NCBI RefSeq assembly: GCF_963921235.1
Contig: NC_086097.1
Location: forward strand, 106,332,001 to 106,396,000
Source: Mobula hypostoma
Taxonomy: Eukaryota
DNA: 64,000 bases
Direction of reading: 5' to 3'
Of the stretch, positions 10,925-23,839 are shown piece after piece. Positions within the stretch are counted from its first letter, which is position 1, and every line of letters starts with the position of its first letter. A program made the translations under genes and the position numbers. The notes beneath the pieces are model-generated. The model did not search any database. It had not been told where the DNA came from and saw only the letters and a program-made list of their open reading frames with translations.

Positions 10925-11686
10925 TAGAATCACAGAAATGTGCAGCGTAGAAAAAGTCCATTCATTCCAACTCATTTTGTCCATCTCAATCATGCCTACC
11001 TACAATATGTTAATTTCGTTTGCCTTAATTAGGCCTTATCCCGTTAAGCCATTCCTATTAAGTACCTGTACAAATGTCTTTAAGAGGCTGTAACTATAGT
11101 GACTCCACCACCTCCACTGGTTATTCATTCCAGATAACCAGCATCCTCTGTATGAAAAACTTAATCCTCAGATCTGGGGTGACATGGTAGTGTTGTGGTC
11201 AGCACGCTTTCAGTGACCCCGGCTCAATTCTTGCCGCTGCCTGTAAAGAGTTTGTACGTTCTCCCCGAGACCCCGTGGGTTTCCTTTGGGTTCTTCAGTT
11301 TCCTCCCAGAGTCCAAGGACATTCCAGTTGGTAGGTTAATTGGTCATTGTAAAATTGTCCTATGATTAGGCTAGGATCAAATTGGGGGATTGCTGGGTGG
11401 CACGGCTCAAACAGCCAGAAGGGCCTATTCCACGCTATATCTCAATAAGTTAAAAAATAAATCTCTTTAATATTTCTTCTGTCTTACGATAAATCTGTGC
11501 CCTCTAGTTCTAGACTCCCAGCCCCAGGAAAAAGAGTATCTATCCTATCCATACGCCTCGTAATTTTACAAACGTTTGTATAATCATCCTTCAGCTTCCA
11601 GTGTTTCAATGAGAATAAGCCCAATCAATCCTATTCCTCCTTATAACTACAAACCTCCATTTCAAACAAAGTCCTGGTGAATCTTT
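10925..11686 (-). mobile_element. Old CR1 3' fragment interrupted by a SINE
   Basis: Decayed similarity to the CR1 3' ends elsewhere in the window (ccctctagttctagactccc). Confidence 0.55.
11177..11460 (+). mobile_element. V-SINE/HE1-like SINE
   Basis: Degenerate tRNA-like head (ggctcaattc), V-type core and A-rich end. Confidence 0.8.
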
Positions 11687-11754
11687 ATCAGGGTCTCAGC
11701 CCGAAACGTTAACTCTTTATTCGTCTACATGAATGTTACCTGACCTGGTGAGTC
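11687..11754 (+). mobile_element. Penelope-like tail fragment
   Basis: agggtctcagcccgaaacgttaact, a partial minimal hammerhead. Confidence 0.65.
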
Positions 11755-12475
11755 ATGCACTTCGGTAGTAGAAAGAAATGTGTGGACTATTTTCTAAATG
11801 GGGAGAAAATCCAAAAATCTGAGATGCAGAGGGACTTGGGTGTCCTTGTGCAGAACACCCTAAAGATTAATTTGCAAGTTGAGTCGGTGGTGAGGAAGGC
11901 AAATGCCATGTTAACATTCATTTCAAGAGGTTCAGAATACAAGAGCAAGGATGTGATGTTGAGGCTTTATAAGACACTGGTGAGGCCTCACCTTCAGTAT
12001 TGTGAACAGTTTTTGGCCCCTCATTTAGAAAAGATGTGCTGGCATTGGAGAGGGTCCAGAGGAGGTTCACAAGGATGATTCCAGGAATGTAAGGGTTATC
12101 ACATCAGGAACGTTTGATAGCCCTGGGTCCGTAGTTGCTGTAATTCAGAAGGAAACCTTTTGAATGTTGAAAAGCAGAGACAAAGTAGATGTGGAAAGGA
12201 TGTTGCCCATGGTGGGAGAGTCTAGGACAAGAGGGCACTGCCTCAGGATAGAGGAGTGCCCTTTCAAAACAGAGATGTGGAGAAATTTCTTGAGCCAAAG
12301 GGTGGTGAATTTGTGGAATTTGTTGCCATGTGCAGCTGTGGAGGCCAGGTCGTAGGGTGTATTTATGGCAGAGATTGATAGGTTCTTGATTGGACATGGT
12401 TATGGGGAGAAGGCCGGGAACTGGGGCCGAGGAGGAGAAAAAAAGGATCAGTCATGATTGAATAGCGGAGTGGTT
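11755..12475 (+). mobile_element. CR1 LINE 3' fragment
   Basis: RDLGVLV, LYKTLVRPHLQYC, RTRGH and FLSQRVVNLWN motifs. Confidence 0.9.
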
Positions 12476-12477
12476 TC

Positions 12478-12770
12478 AATGTACATTGAAACATCAAAAC
12501 ATACAGTGAAATGTGTTATTTGAGTCAAATCAGATCAGCGAGGATTGTGCTGGGCAAGTGTTGCCACGCTTCCAGTGACAAATAGCATACACACAACTTA
12601 CTAACCCATATCATACGTCTTCTGAATGTGGGAGGAAACTGGAGTACTCGGAGGAAACACGCAGTCACAGGGAGAATATACAAGCTCCTTACAGACAGCG
12701 GCGAGAGTTGAACCCTGATCGGTGAAAGCTGGTTCTGTAAAGCCAACTATACTAACCACTGTGCCATGGC
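12478..12770 (-). mobile_element. V-SINE-like SINE
   Basis: Reverse copy of the V core (tgtgggaggaaactggagtactcggaggaaac). Confidence 0.7.
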
Positions 12771-14769
12771 ACACTGTATCTCCATTCTCTGGTGAGTGAA
12801 ATATCGTATTTACTCTTAATTAAAGTCTATAGATTTTTGTAAGTTATGGGGATACATTTTTTACTAGTCCCTTATGATAGGATTACTGCATTTATCTATT
12901 CCCTGCTGACTTGAGTTGTTCATTACTTTTGATGAGGCAGTAACGAGTTTTAAGTAGCAAGTGAGAGATCAACATCTTGCAGGGTGGGAGCCAATCGAAA
13001 ACTGCAAGTTTTGTCAGGAGTGAGTCTTAATTGAGCCGATCAAAAAGAAAGGAGCTGTAAGTGGAGGGGCCATTGTTGGAGTGGGACAGTGTTAGAGTGG
13101 CCTGGCTTTGGCTTAATATTCTTAGGCCAGAACAGGGCTGGGCAAGCACAGATGCAGGCTCTAAGTAAGTTTTTAGTAAGTTTTTTTTGTTAGTACATAG
13201 CTGGTGTGCTGAGTTAGTAGCATGTTCCTTGTGTGAGATGTGGGAACCTTCAGTCTTGCTGGTAACTGCAGAAGTGCATTAAACTGCAGTTAAGGAACTG
13301 GAGCTGCAGTTCGATGACCTTCAGCTCATACAGGAGAATGAGGAGGTGATAGTTAGGAGCTACAGGGAGGTGGACACCCAAAGTCACAGGAAGCAAGTAA
13401 TTGGGTGACTGCTAGAAGAGAGAAAAGGAATAAGCAACCAGTACAGAGTACCCCTGTGGCCATCCCCTTTAATAATAAATATACCACTTTAGATATTGTT
13501 GAGGGGAACAACCAGAGAAGCCACAGTGAGCAGGTCTCTGACATTGGCAGGCTCTGTGACGCAGGTGGGAAGGGTGGAAAAGAGGAATGCAGTAGTGATA
13601 GAGGATTCCATAGTTAGGGAAGCAGACAGAAGATTCTGTGAATATGAAAAAAACACTCTGATGGTATTTTTCCTTCCAGTTGCCAGGGTTAGGGATGTCT
13701 TAGATCAGATCCATAGCATTTTAAAAGGAGAGGGTGAGCAGCCAGAACCTGGTACATATTGGTGCCAACGACAGAGGTGGGAATTGGGAGGAGGTCCTAA
13801 GGAGTTAGGTAGACAGCTGAAAAGCAGGACATCCAGGGTAGTAATCTCCAGTTTGCTGCCTGTGCCACATGCCAGTGAGGTAAGAATAGGATCGTTTGGC
13901 CGACGAATGCATGGGTGAGGTTTTGGTGCAGGGGCATGGCTTCATATTTCAGGATCATTGGAATCTCTTCTGGGGAAGGTATGACCTGTACAAAAAGGAT
14001 GAGTTTAACAATTGAAGCCAAGGGGGACCAATATTTACAAACATGTTTGTTGGAGCTGTTGAGGAGGGTTTAAACTAATTTGGCAGGGGGATAGGAACCG
14101 GAGTGATAGGGCTGAGGATGGGGCAGTTGGTATACAAGTAGATGCAGTGTGTAGTGAGACTGTGAGGAAGTACAGGCAGATGATAGGGCAAAATTGTAGT
14201 CAGTGGAATCAGTTGAAGTGTAACATGGGGGCAAATCGAAAAAGGGGATCAGTACAGGACTTAAGGTGTTATATTTGAATGGAACCAGTATACCGAATAA
14301 GGTAAATAATGTTGCAGTGCAATTAGAGATTAGCAGGTACAACATTCTGGGCAATACTGAGTTGTGGCTGAAAAAAGATCCTAGTTGGAAGCTTAACGTC
14401 TAAGGATACATTGAAAGGATGGGCAAGTAGTCAGAGAGGGTCGGGTGGCTCTGTTGGTAAAAAATGAAATCAAATCCTTAGATAGAAGGGACATGGGTTC
14501 GAAAGATGTAGAATTCTTGTGCGTAGAGTTCAGAAACTACAAGAGTAAAAAGACCTACATGGGAGTTACATACGTCTCCAAGTGATAGCTAGGATGTGGA
14601 TACAAATTACAAAGGGAGATGGAAAAAGGCATGTAAAAACAACAATATTACGACAGTAATGGGGGCTTTCAATATGCATATAGATTGGGAAAATCAGGCT
14701 GGTGCTGGATCCCAAGACAGGGAACTTGTAGAATTTCTACAAGATGCCTAAGAAGAATGTGGCTAAGAA

Positions 14770-16672
14770 GCACAGGTGCACCAAAAGTGCTTAGCTCCCT
14801 ACTCTACTTGCTTTACACTTACAACTGTGTAGCTAAGCACAGTTCCAATGCCATATTTAAGTTTGCTGATGATACCACTGTCGTAGGCTGAATCAAAGGC
14901 GAATCAGCATATAATCTGGCTAAGTGGTGCCACAACAGCAACCTCTTACTTAATGTTAGCAAGACCAAGGAGCTGATTATTGACTTCAAGAGGAAAAAAC
15001 TAGAAGTCCATGACCCAGTCCTCATCAGGGGAACAGAGGTGGAGAGAGTCAGCAACTTTAAGTTCCTCAGTGTTGTCATGAACCTGCCCTGGGCACAGCA
15101 CATAACTGCAATTACGAAGAAAACACGGCAGCATCTGTACTTCTTTAGAAGGTTGTGAGGATTCAGCATGTTATCTAGAACTTTGACAAGCTCCGACAGA
15201 TATATTGTGGAGAGTATATTGACTGGTTGTATCACAGCCTGGTATGGAAACACCAATGCTCTTGAATGGAAAATCCTAGATTAAGTAGTGTATCCTACAA
15301 AAAGTAGTCTATCGTGGGTAAAAACATCGCCATGGAGCTCATCTACACAGATCATTGTCACAGGAAAACAGCCTTCATTATCAGGGACCCCACCACCCGG
15401 GTCATGCATTCCTCTCACCGGTGCCATCAGGAAGAAGATACAGGAGCCTCAGGACTCACACAACCAGGTTTAGGAACAGTTATTACCCCTCAACCATCAG
15501 GATATTGAACCAAAGGGATAACTTCACTCAATTTCACTTGCTCCATCACGGAACTGTTTCCACAACCAATGGACTCACTCTCAAAGACTCATCTCATGTT
15601 CTTGATTTGATATTTATTGTTTGTTTATTTCTTTCTTTCTTTTTGTATTTGCAATTTGTTGTCTTCTGCACACTGGTTGTCCACCCTCTGGCTGCAGTCT
15701 TTCATTGATTCTATTATGGAAGGTGGAGGCGGAGTCATAATGGCGTTAAATTGAAACTCCTTCACGTTCTTCTATGAAAGCAACTTAACTTCTACCTTTG
15801 ATGTCTCTCTTTTTCCCTTTCAGGGTGGATTGGGTTCTGTTGAAGACCCTGACCTAGAGTTATACTCAGACTTCGGTTCTTTGTGGTTGTGGGACCTACT
15901 TTCGGAGTCTCATGACTTGCCCTTTTTCGATACCCCAAGGACACAGATTAGAAAATGAGAGTGCCTTTGGGGATCTGAGGTTTTGCGGCCCTGTGAACAG
16001 GTTGATTCTAACTGATGGCACTGACTGAAACATTGCGGAAGGGAATGGAACATTGAATGGAACAGTGTCGGAGACTGTGTACTCGCCGAGTTGCACTCTC
16101 TCTCTCTCTCATCAGTTGGTGAGAGATCGTTGCTGATTCTCGAGTCATAGAACTCCGAAAAAAAAGCAGCGGAACAGACTTTTAACATGTTAAATCAGAG
16201 AGTTGTTTTGTTATGTCTCCCCTCTCGCTGTGAAAGGGGACCCCACTTTTCCCCTTTATTGGGAAGAGAGAGAGCCTGTGGTTCGTCTAGTTGTCGGGTG
16301 AAAGATTAGTTTGTGCTGTACTGCACATCATGGTCTTTAATGAGGGCCTTGCTATTGCATGCTTGGTAAATGGAGGGTGCTGATGCTTTTTTGTGGAAGT
16401 GGTGGTTGTTGGGGAGGGTCGTTGCTTTGCTGCTGCTTGTGTGTGGGAGTGGGGAGTCAGGGGCTTTGGGGTTCTAATGTTTTAACTGTCATTCATTCTT
16501 TGGGACACTTCTGTTTTTGTGGATGTCTGCAAAGAAAAGGCATTTCACGATGTATGTTGTACACATTTCTCTAATATTATATGGAACTATTGAATATGTC
16601 TAGAAGAAAGTGAAGCTCGGGGTTGTATATGGTGACATATAAGTACTTTGATAATAAATTTGCTTTGAACTT
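14770..16672 (+). mobile_element. Rex1/Babar LINE 3' part (interrupted at 15721-16594)
   Basis: FKFADDTTVVG and PSGRRYRSLRTHTTRFRNSYYP motifs; 3' tail resumes at 16595. Confidence 0.85.
15721..16594 (+). mobile_element. Non-coding non-autonomous retroelement inserted in the Rex-Babar 3'UTR
   Basis: Interrupts the Rex 3'UTR; no coding similarity seen; LINE-like 3' tail. Confidence 0.55.
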
Positions 16673-18949
16673 CGATGGCTTTTAGAACGCTTTGTGTTTG
16701 AAACCACTAGGGAAGAAGCAATTCTGGATTGGGTGTTATGCAATGAAACAAATTTCATTAGGGAGCTTAAGGTAAAGGAACCCTTAGGAAGCAGTGATCA
16801 TTATATGCTAGAGTTCACCCTGCAGTTTGAGAGGGGAGAAGATAAAATCAAATGTATCAGTATTACAGTAAAGTAAAGGGAATTAAAAAGGCATGAGACA
16901 GTAGCTGGCCACAGTTGATTGGAAGGTGACACGAGCAGGGGGTGATGGCAAAACAGCAATGGCTGGACTTTCTGGGGACAGTTCCGAAGTCACAGGATAG
17001 ATACATCCCAAAGATGAAGACTATTCTAAAGGGAGGATGAAGCATCCCTGGTTGACTAGGGAAGTCAAAGATAGCATAAAACCCTAATGCGAGCATACAA
17101 TATAGCAAAAATTGGTGGGAAGTTAGAGGATTGGGAAGCTTTTAAAAACCAAGTGAAAAAGCCATAAGGAGCGAGAAAATATAATATGAAGAGAAGCTAG
17201 CCATTAATATAAAAGAGGTTACCTTAAGTTTTTTCAAATATATAAAGCGCAAACAGCTGGACCCTGGTAAGTAGTAATGGGGGACAAAGAAATGGTGGGC
17301 GAACTTAACACACATTTTGCATCAGTCTTCATTATGGAAGACACTATCAGTATCAGAAATTTGAGGGCGTCAGGGGGCAGAAGTGAATGTTGTTGGTATT
17401 ATTAAGGAGAAAGTGCTTGGGAAGATGAAAGGCCTCTGAAGGTAGATAAACCACCTGGACTAGATCAACTACACCCCAGGGTCCTGAAAGAAGTAGCTGA
17501 AGAAATTGTGGAATTATTAGTAATGATTTTTCAAGAATTATTAGATTCGGAAGGACTGGATAATTGCAAATGTTACTGCACTTTTTAAGAAGGGAGGGAA
17601 GCAGAAGAAATGAAATTCTAGGCCTGACTTCAGTGTTTAGGAGGATATTGGAGTCCATTATTAAGTATAAGGTTTTAGTGTACTTGGAGGCAGATGATAA
17701 AACAGACCAAAGTTGGCATGGTTTCCTAAAGGGGAAATCTTACCGGATAATCTGTGGGAATTCTTTGAGGAAATAACAGGCAAGATAGACAAAGGAGAGT
17801 TGGTAGATGTTGTTTATTTGTTTTTCAGGAAGCCTTTGACAAGGTTGCACATGTGGTTGCTTTGCAAGATAGAAGATTGGCTGATTGGCAGAAGACAGAG
17901 TGAGAATAAAGGGACCTTTTCTGGTTAGCTGCCGGTGCCTAGTAGGGTTTCACAGGGGCCAGTATTGAGACCACTACTTTTTACTTTATATGTGAATGAT
18001 TTGGATTAAGGAATTGATGCCTTTGTGGCCAAGTCTGTGGATGATATGAAGATAGGTGGAGGGGCAAGTAGTTTTGAGGAAGTAGGGTGTCTGAAGATGG
18101 ACTTGGACAGATTGAGAGAATGGGCAAAGAAGTAGCAGATGGAATATAGTGCAGGGAAGTGCATGGTCGTGCAATTTGGTAAAGGAGTAAGGGTGTAGAT
18201 TATCTTACAAATGGGGAGAAAATTAAAACATTGGATTTGCAAAGAGACTTAAGAGTTTTTGTGCAGGATATGGTACAGGTTAACTTCCAAGTTGAGGCAA
18301 ATTCAATGTTAGCATTTATTTAGAGAGGACTAGAATATAAGAGCAAGGATGTGATGTTAGGCTTTATAAGGCATTGGTCAGACTGCATTTGGAGTATCGT
18401 GAGCAGTTTTGGGCCCCTTATCTCAGAAAAATGTGCTGGCATTGGAGCGGGTCCAGAGGAAGTTCACGAGAATGACCTGGGAAAGAAAAGTTTAACATAT
18501 GAGGAACGTTTGATGACTCTGGACCTGTACTCGCTGGAGTTTAGAAGAATGAGGGGGGATCTCATTGAAATCTACCAAATATTGAAAAGTCTGGATAGAG
18601 TGAATGAAGGGAGGATGTTACCTATAGTGGGTGAGTCTAAGACCAGCGAGCACAGCCTCAGAATAGAGAGACGTCCATTTAGAACAGAGATGAGGAGGAA
18701 TTCCTTTAGCTGGAGGGTGGTGAATCGGTGGAATTCATTGCCATAGACAGGTGTGGAGACCAAGTCTTTGAGTATATTTAAAGCAGAGGTTGATAGGTTC
18801 TTGATTAGTCAGGGTGTCAAAGGTTAAGGGAAGAATGGTGTTGAGAGGGATAATAAATGAGTAATCTTGGAAATGTGGAGCTGAATTGATGGGCTGCATG
18901 GCCCATTTCTGCTCCTATGTATTATGGCTGTGCTGTCTTTGGTCAAATA

Positions 18950-19565
18950 AGTAAAAGGATATCTGAAGATCAAGACCTGAGATCTGGCACAAAATTCTTG
19001 GGCTAATGTGCAGCAGTAGTCCCTGCCTTTGTTTATGCTTCTTAGATATGGATTATCTACTGCAGGTATCTCAACGCTGGAAGAATACTATTAACATTAC
19101 CTTCATAAAATCTCCTGAAATCACTGAAAGGTGAGTGTCCTGTCTAGCCCAAGGTCCCCAGCGCTGAGGCTCTAGTCGATCTCAGTCAGCCATGTTGGGT
19201 AGGCCATGTCACTCATATACTCTGAACTGGATTCTCATAGCAGACATTCTATTCTAAGCCCTGTCATGGAAAGAATTTTCTAGTCCAACAGAGGAATAGG
19301 AAGTGTTCAAAATTTCCCTGAGGAATTACGCCATGTTCACTGACTCCCGGAAATTTCCGAGGGGCATTCATATGGTATTGCACACTGTATGTGGCGTTTA
19401 CAGAGGCTCTACATCAGTGGCAGAGGATGTAGAGTAGTTCACCCACATGACTTCATTTGTGGAAAAGTCTACAGTTGCCACATTGGCCTCATTTGCCACC
19501 TCAGAACCTATAAAAACTGCAGTGGAATAAGTCATCCTCAATCCTCAGGGAGTGCCTGGAAAGAT
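18950..19565 (+). mobile_element. RTE (BovB-like) 3' fragment
   Basis: C-terminal CGKVYSCHIGLICHLRTY zinc-finger-like motif followed by an RTE-type tail. Confidence 0.6.
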
Positions 19566-20292
19566 TATTTATCTGTTCCCAGATGACTGAATTACAGTAT
19601 CTTTCTGCTCTCTGTGAGTTTGAGTTACAGTGTTAAGTAGGTCACAAGTGACTGGGTTACTGCATTCATCTTTTCCCTGGTGATCAAGTTACAATATCTA
19701 TCTGGTTGCATGATGATTGATTTACAGTGTTTATCCTTCCCCTGGTGAGTGGGCTAGTGAGTGTTAGATGCCCTGGTGATTGAATAGCGTCTGTACCCCC
19801 TGATTGGATTGCATTATTTATCTGTCGCGTGGTTGTGTTTTAATGTTTAGCTCTTCCTTGGTGAACACATTGCATTATTTATCTGGTTCCCCAGTGGTTG
19901 ATTTACAGTAGTTTATCTCTTCACTGGTGATTGAGTTACAATCTTTATCAGATTGCCTGGTGATTGAGTTATAGTATTAATCTGTTCCAATGTGATTAAC
20001 CCACTGCAGTTATCTTCTCCCTTGTTGGTGCTCAGTATTTATCTGTTCCCTCGTGACAGGGTTACAGCATTTCTCTCTTCCCTTGTGATTCAGTTACTAT
20101 ATTTAAATATGCTCCTGTAGTTAAATTACAGTATTTATTAGATTGCCTAATGGTTGTTTTGCAGTATTTATCTGGTCCAAGTTACAATGTTCACCTGTTA
20201 CCTCATGATTCAATGAGAGTACTGATCTGAGTATCTTGTGATTGAGTTACATTTCCTGGGTTATACTGTGTCTGTGATTGACTTTATTTAAC

Positions 20293-20840
20293 AAACAGAA
20301 GAAAATCTCCAGATGTTTGAAATCAAGGTAACGCATACAAACTGCTGGAGGAGCTCAGCAGGCCAAGCAGCATCTGTGGAAAATAGTAAACAGTCAAGTT
20401 TTTGGGCTGAGACCCTTCATCAGGACTGGAAAGAAAGAGGGAAGAAGTCAGAATAAGAAGGCAGGGGGAGAGAAGGAAGAAGTACAAGGTGGTAAGGTGA
20501 TAGATGAAACTGGGAGAAGGAGAGAGGTGAAGTAAAGAGCTGGAGAGTCAATCGATGAAAGAGATAAAGGGCTGGAGAAGGGGGAATCTGATAGGAGATG
20601 ATAGAAGACCATGGAAGAAGGGGAATGGGGAGGAGCACCAGAGGGAGGTGATGGGCAGGTAAGGAGATAAGGTAAGGGAGGGAAACAGGAATGGGGAAAG
20701 GTGAAGGAAAGGAGTGGGGCAATTATCAGAAGTTCAATAAATCGACATTCATACCATCAGTTTGGAGGCTACCCAGATGGAATATAAGGTGTTGTTCCTC
20801 CAATTTGAGTGTGGTCTCAATGCAGCAGAAGAGGAGGCAT
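20293..20840 (-). mobile_element. Penelope-like 3' fragment with minimal hammerhead
   Basis: Reverse strand reads ccagtcctgatgaagggtctcagcccaaaaacttgactg at ~20391-20429, with the GIY-YIG C-terminal end upstream. Confidence 0.8.
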
Positions 20841-21084
20841 TATTTCTAGGTGATTAAGTTACAGTATTTCCCGAATGACCAGGTTAAGGTATTTGTCTGG
20901 TCTGCTGATGATTGAATTACAATATTTTTCTTTAACTCCCTAGTGAATGAATTACTGTAATTACCTGCTCCCTGGCAATTGAATTACATTTTTTTTTAAA
21001 TGTCAATTGTTGCGTGATGATATTTACAAGTTCCTCATTGATTATAATAATGATGTCTCCCAGACAATTAACAGTAATACCTGT

Positions 21085-21262
21085 ACAAAATGCTGGAGGA
21101 ACTCAGCAGGTTAGGCAGTATATACAGAGAGGAATAAAGAGTTGATGTTTTGGGCTGAGATCCTTCATCATGTGTCCTGATGAAAGATCTCGGCCCGAAG
21201 TGTCCATCTTTATTCCTCTCTGTAGATGCTGCTTGACCTACTGAGATCCTCCAGCATTTTGC
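21085..21262. repeat. Inverted pair of Penelope-like tails (fold-back)
   Basis: Arms 21085-21170 and 21178-21262 are reverse-complement copies meeting at the CTGATGA cores. Confidence 0.8.
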
Positions 21263-21649
21263 ACACTGTATTTTCAGCATATGTAGAATCTTGATCTCTT
21301 GTGTTAAGAATATCCTGTCTTTGGTGTTGGTGTTATAGTATTTAACTGTACCCCAGAGCCTGAGTTACAGTATTTCTCCATTGTCTGGTGGATAATTTAC
21401 ATTCTTTATTTGGTCACTGCTGTTAGAGGGTTTTAAGAGTTACAGTGCTTAAGCAGTTCACTAGTGACAAAGTTACTGTCTTTATCAGTTGCCTGTGTGA
21501 TACTGTAATTATCTGGCACCCATATGATTGATTTCCTGTACTTCTTTCTTTTTCCTCAGTCACTGAAGTATAACATCTTTTCACCCAAGTCTCTCTTCAC
21601 CCAGAGATATCATTGGTGCCTCTCTTTTATCCATCCATGCTATTTACCA

Positions 21650-21937
21650 GGAGCGCTGCATACAAAGGGGTCCCGTAGCATTATCAACGATCCCTCCCAT
21701 CTGTCCCACAATCCCTTTGATCCCCTACCATCCAACAGGATCTCCCAGGCCTCACTGTACATGAAGCACCAGTAGTATTATACTGCTTACTTTTAAAATT
21801 GTATTGTAAATTATTTGTTAATTTATTTATGGTAATATTACGTGTTGCGTGTGAATTATATGTTCTTTGTTGTGGCCCTTGGTCCAGAGAAATATTGTTT
21901 CGTTTGGCTGTATACATGACACTAGACTTGAACTTGA
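21650..21937 (+). mobile_element. Rex-Babar-type 3' end
   Basis: SIINDPSHLSHNPFDPLPS-like coding end and a (cttgaa) tail. Confidence 0.65.
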
Positions 21938-21967
21938 ATGACATTAGTCACCTGTCTGCTTGTAATT

Positions 21968-22390
21968 CCTCTAAGAAGACCACAACATTGCCGTGGTTTG
22001 GATGCTTATATGCCTCAATGATCCAGACAGCACTGCTGAATGGTGTCAGGGCTTTATGCTTTGGCTCTTGGTAGGGTCACCCATATCAAACAGGTCGAAG
22101 AGTAGAGGCCAGACCAAGAATGTTCCACTGGTCCTCCAGGTTCGGGGGTTCAGCTCAGGGCTAACAACCCTGACTGGTTAAACAAAATTCTTACAGAAAC
22201 AACAATGAAGAATTCTTCTATATCTCAATGTGACGGTATTCCTGAATCTGCACCCAGGACTTGCATGACTGACAGTAGAGAAAATGGAGAGGAAGCCACT
22301 GAACATGATGAAGGAAGCCCTGAACACCACCAGAGATAGAGGACCTTTATTGCTGCCCTAAATGCCAGTGGCATAATGGGCAGTAACTAA
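21968..22390 (+). mobile_element. RTE-derived non-autonomous element with 10-bp TSD
   Basis: TSD gcttgtaatt at 21958-21967 and 22391-22400; RTE-like 5' and 3' segments with no ORF. Confidence 0.7.
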
Positions 22391-23839
22391 GCTTGTAATT
22401 AGGTTACCGTCTAACTGTTGCCTGGTAGCTGTGTTATAACATTTAGTTCTTCCTTGGTGAATAGGTAAGAAAATTGACCTGGCTCCCTAGTGATTGATCT
22501 ACAGTTGGTGATTGAGATACAATATGTACGTGGCTCGCTAGTGATTACATTCATTTTTCCCTTGATTGCTGTACTGAATTACAGTATTAATCAGCTCACT
22601 GGTGATTGAGTTACCGTATCTGTCAGCTTGCCCAGTGATTGAGTTATAGTATTAATCTATTTCCAGGTTACCACTGTGATTTGTCCCCTGGTATTGGTGT
22701 TGCAGTTTTATCTGTTTTCTGGTAATTTTGTGACCATGTTTATCTATCCCTGGGTCATTGGCATAGTATTTATTTGGTCCCTGGTAGTTGTGTCACTGCG
22801 TTAATCTGGTCCCTGGATGGCAATCACTGTCTTCTACTGTTCCTTGGTGACTTGGTTACAATATTTTTTAGTTCTCAGGCAACTGAGCCATTATATTTAT
22901 CTGCTCCCTGTTCAATGACCCACTGTATTTAAATGGTCCTTTACTGAAAGGCTTACAAGTTATCTGGTCCCTGGTTATTCAGTTCCTCTATTTATCTGCT
23001 TGCTCCTGGTTGGGCTGTGGTGCACAGTTTATCAGTTACAGTACTTTCAGGATCCCCAGTGACTCCTTTGCAGTATTAATCTGGTTCCCAGTGTCTAATT
23101 TACACTATTTACTTATTCCTATTGGCGAGTTACTGCATGTACCAGATTATTTATATATTTGGTGACTGGGTTACAATATTTATCTGATTGAGTTGTGATG
23201 TTATCTATTCTCTGGTAACTGAATTGCAGTATTTATTTGGTTCCCTGGTGACTGACTCACACCATTTATCCAGTTGCCAGCTGATTGAGTTACACTGTTT
23301 ATCTGTTCCCTAATGACTGAGTTATGATATTTATTTGGTCTCACATGGCTGAATTACAGTATTTGTGTTTGAGTAAATGTGTTACTGAATTTCTGTGGTG
23401 TACAGATGATGAAGGTGCAGTATTTCTTCTGATTCCCTGGTGGTTATTTGGAGCTTTTTAATTAGTGGTTAATACTACAAGGATGGAGTAATATCTCAGT
23501 ATCTGGAATAGCTTCACCAAAACAGGCTGCTTCATTGGTTTATTTCAATTTTAAATCATCACCTGAATTTAGCACTTTAATTAATCCATTTTTTAAACAT
23601 TTAAGTTCAGCACGTTTGAAATCTGCAGCTGTAACAACAAATAACTTTGTTTTCATTCCAACAAATGCTGACTTTACAAAACTGAAAGCTGTTATGCAGA
23701 AATAAAAAAAATAAATAATTTTAATATGTCCTCTAATTTAATAATTTTATTAATAAGTATAAATACTCCAAAAGTCCTCACTCAGTAATCTTAATCTCAC
23801 ATGCCCAATTTAAATCAAAATGAAGATCAAAGCATAAGA

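Larger units (their letters stand above)
13000..18930 (+). mobile_element. Decayed near-full-length CR1 LINE interrupted by nested insertions at 14747-16672
   Basis: ORF1 esterase-like (AVVIEDSIVR), endonuclease (TREEAILDWVLCNE), RT fragments and 3' end. The host reading continues across caagatg(14746)/cgatggc(16673). Confidence 0.85.
19565..23450. repeat. Degenerate minisatellite, ~32-bp unit (ggtgattgagttacagtatttatctgttccct)
   Basis: Dozens of diverged tandem units, interrupted by younger insertions. Confidence 0.85.

Noticed and set aside
19565..23450. CRISPR-like array
   Set aside because: Units are contiguous and degenerate with no unique spacers or cas genes, in a eukaryotic context.
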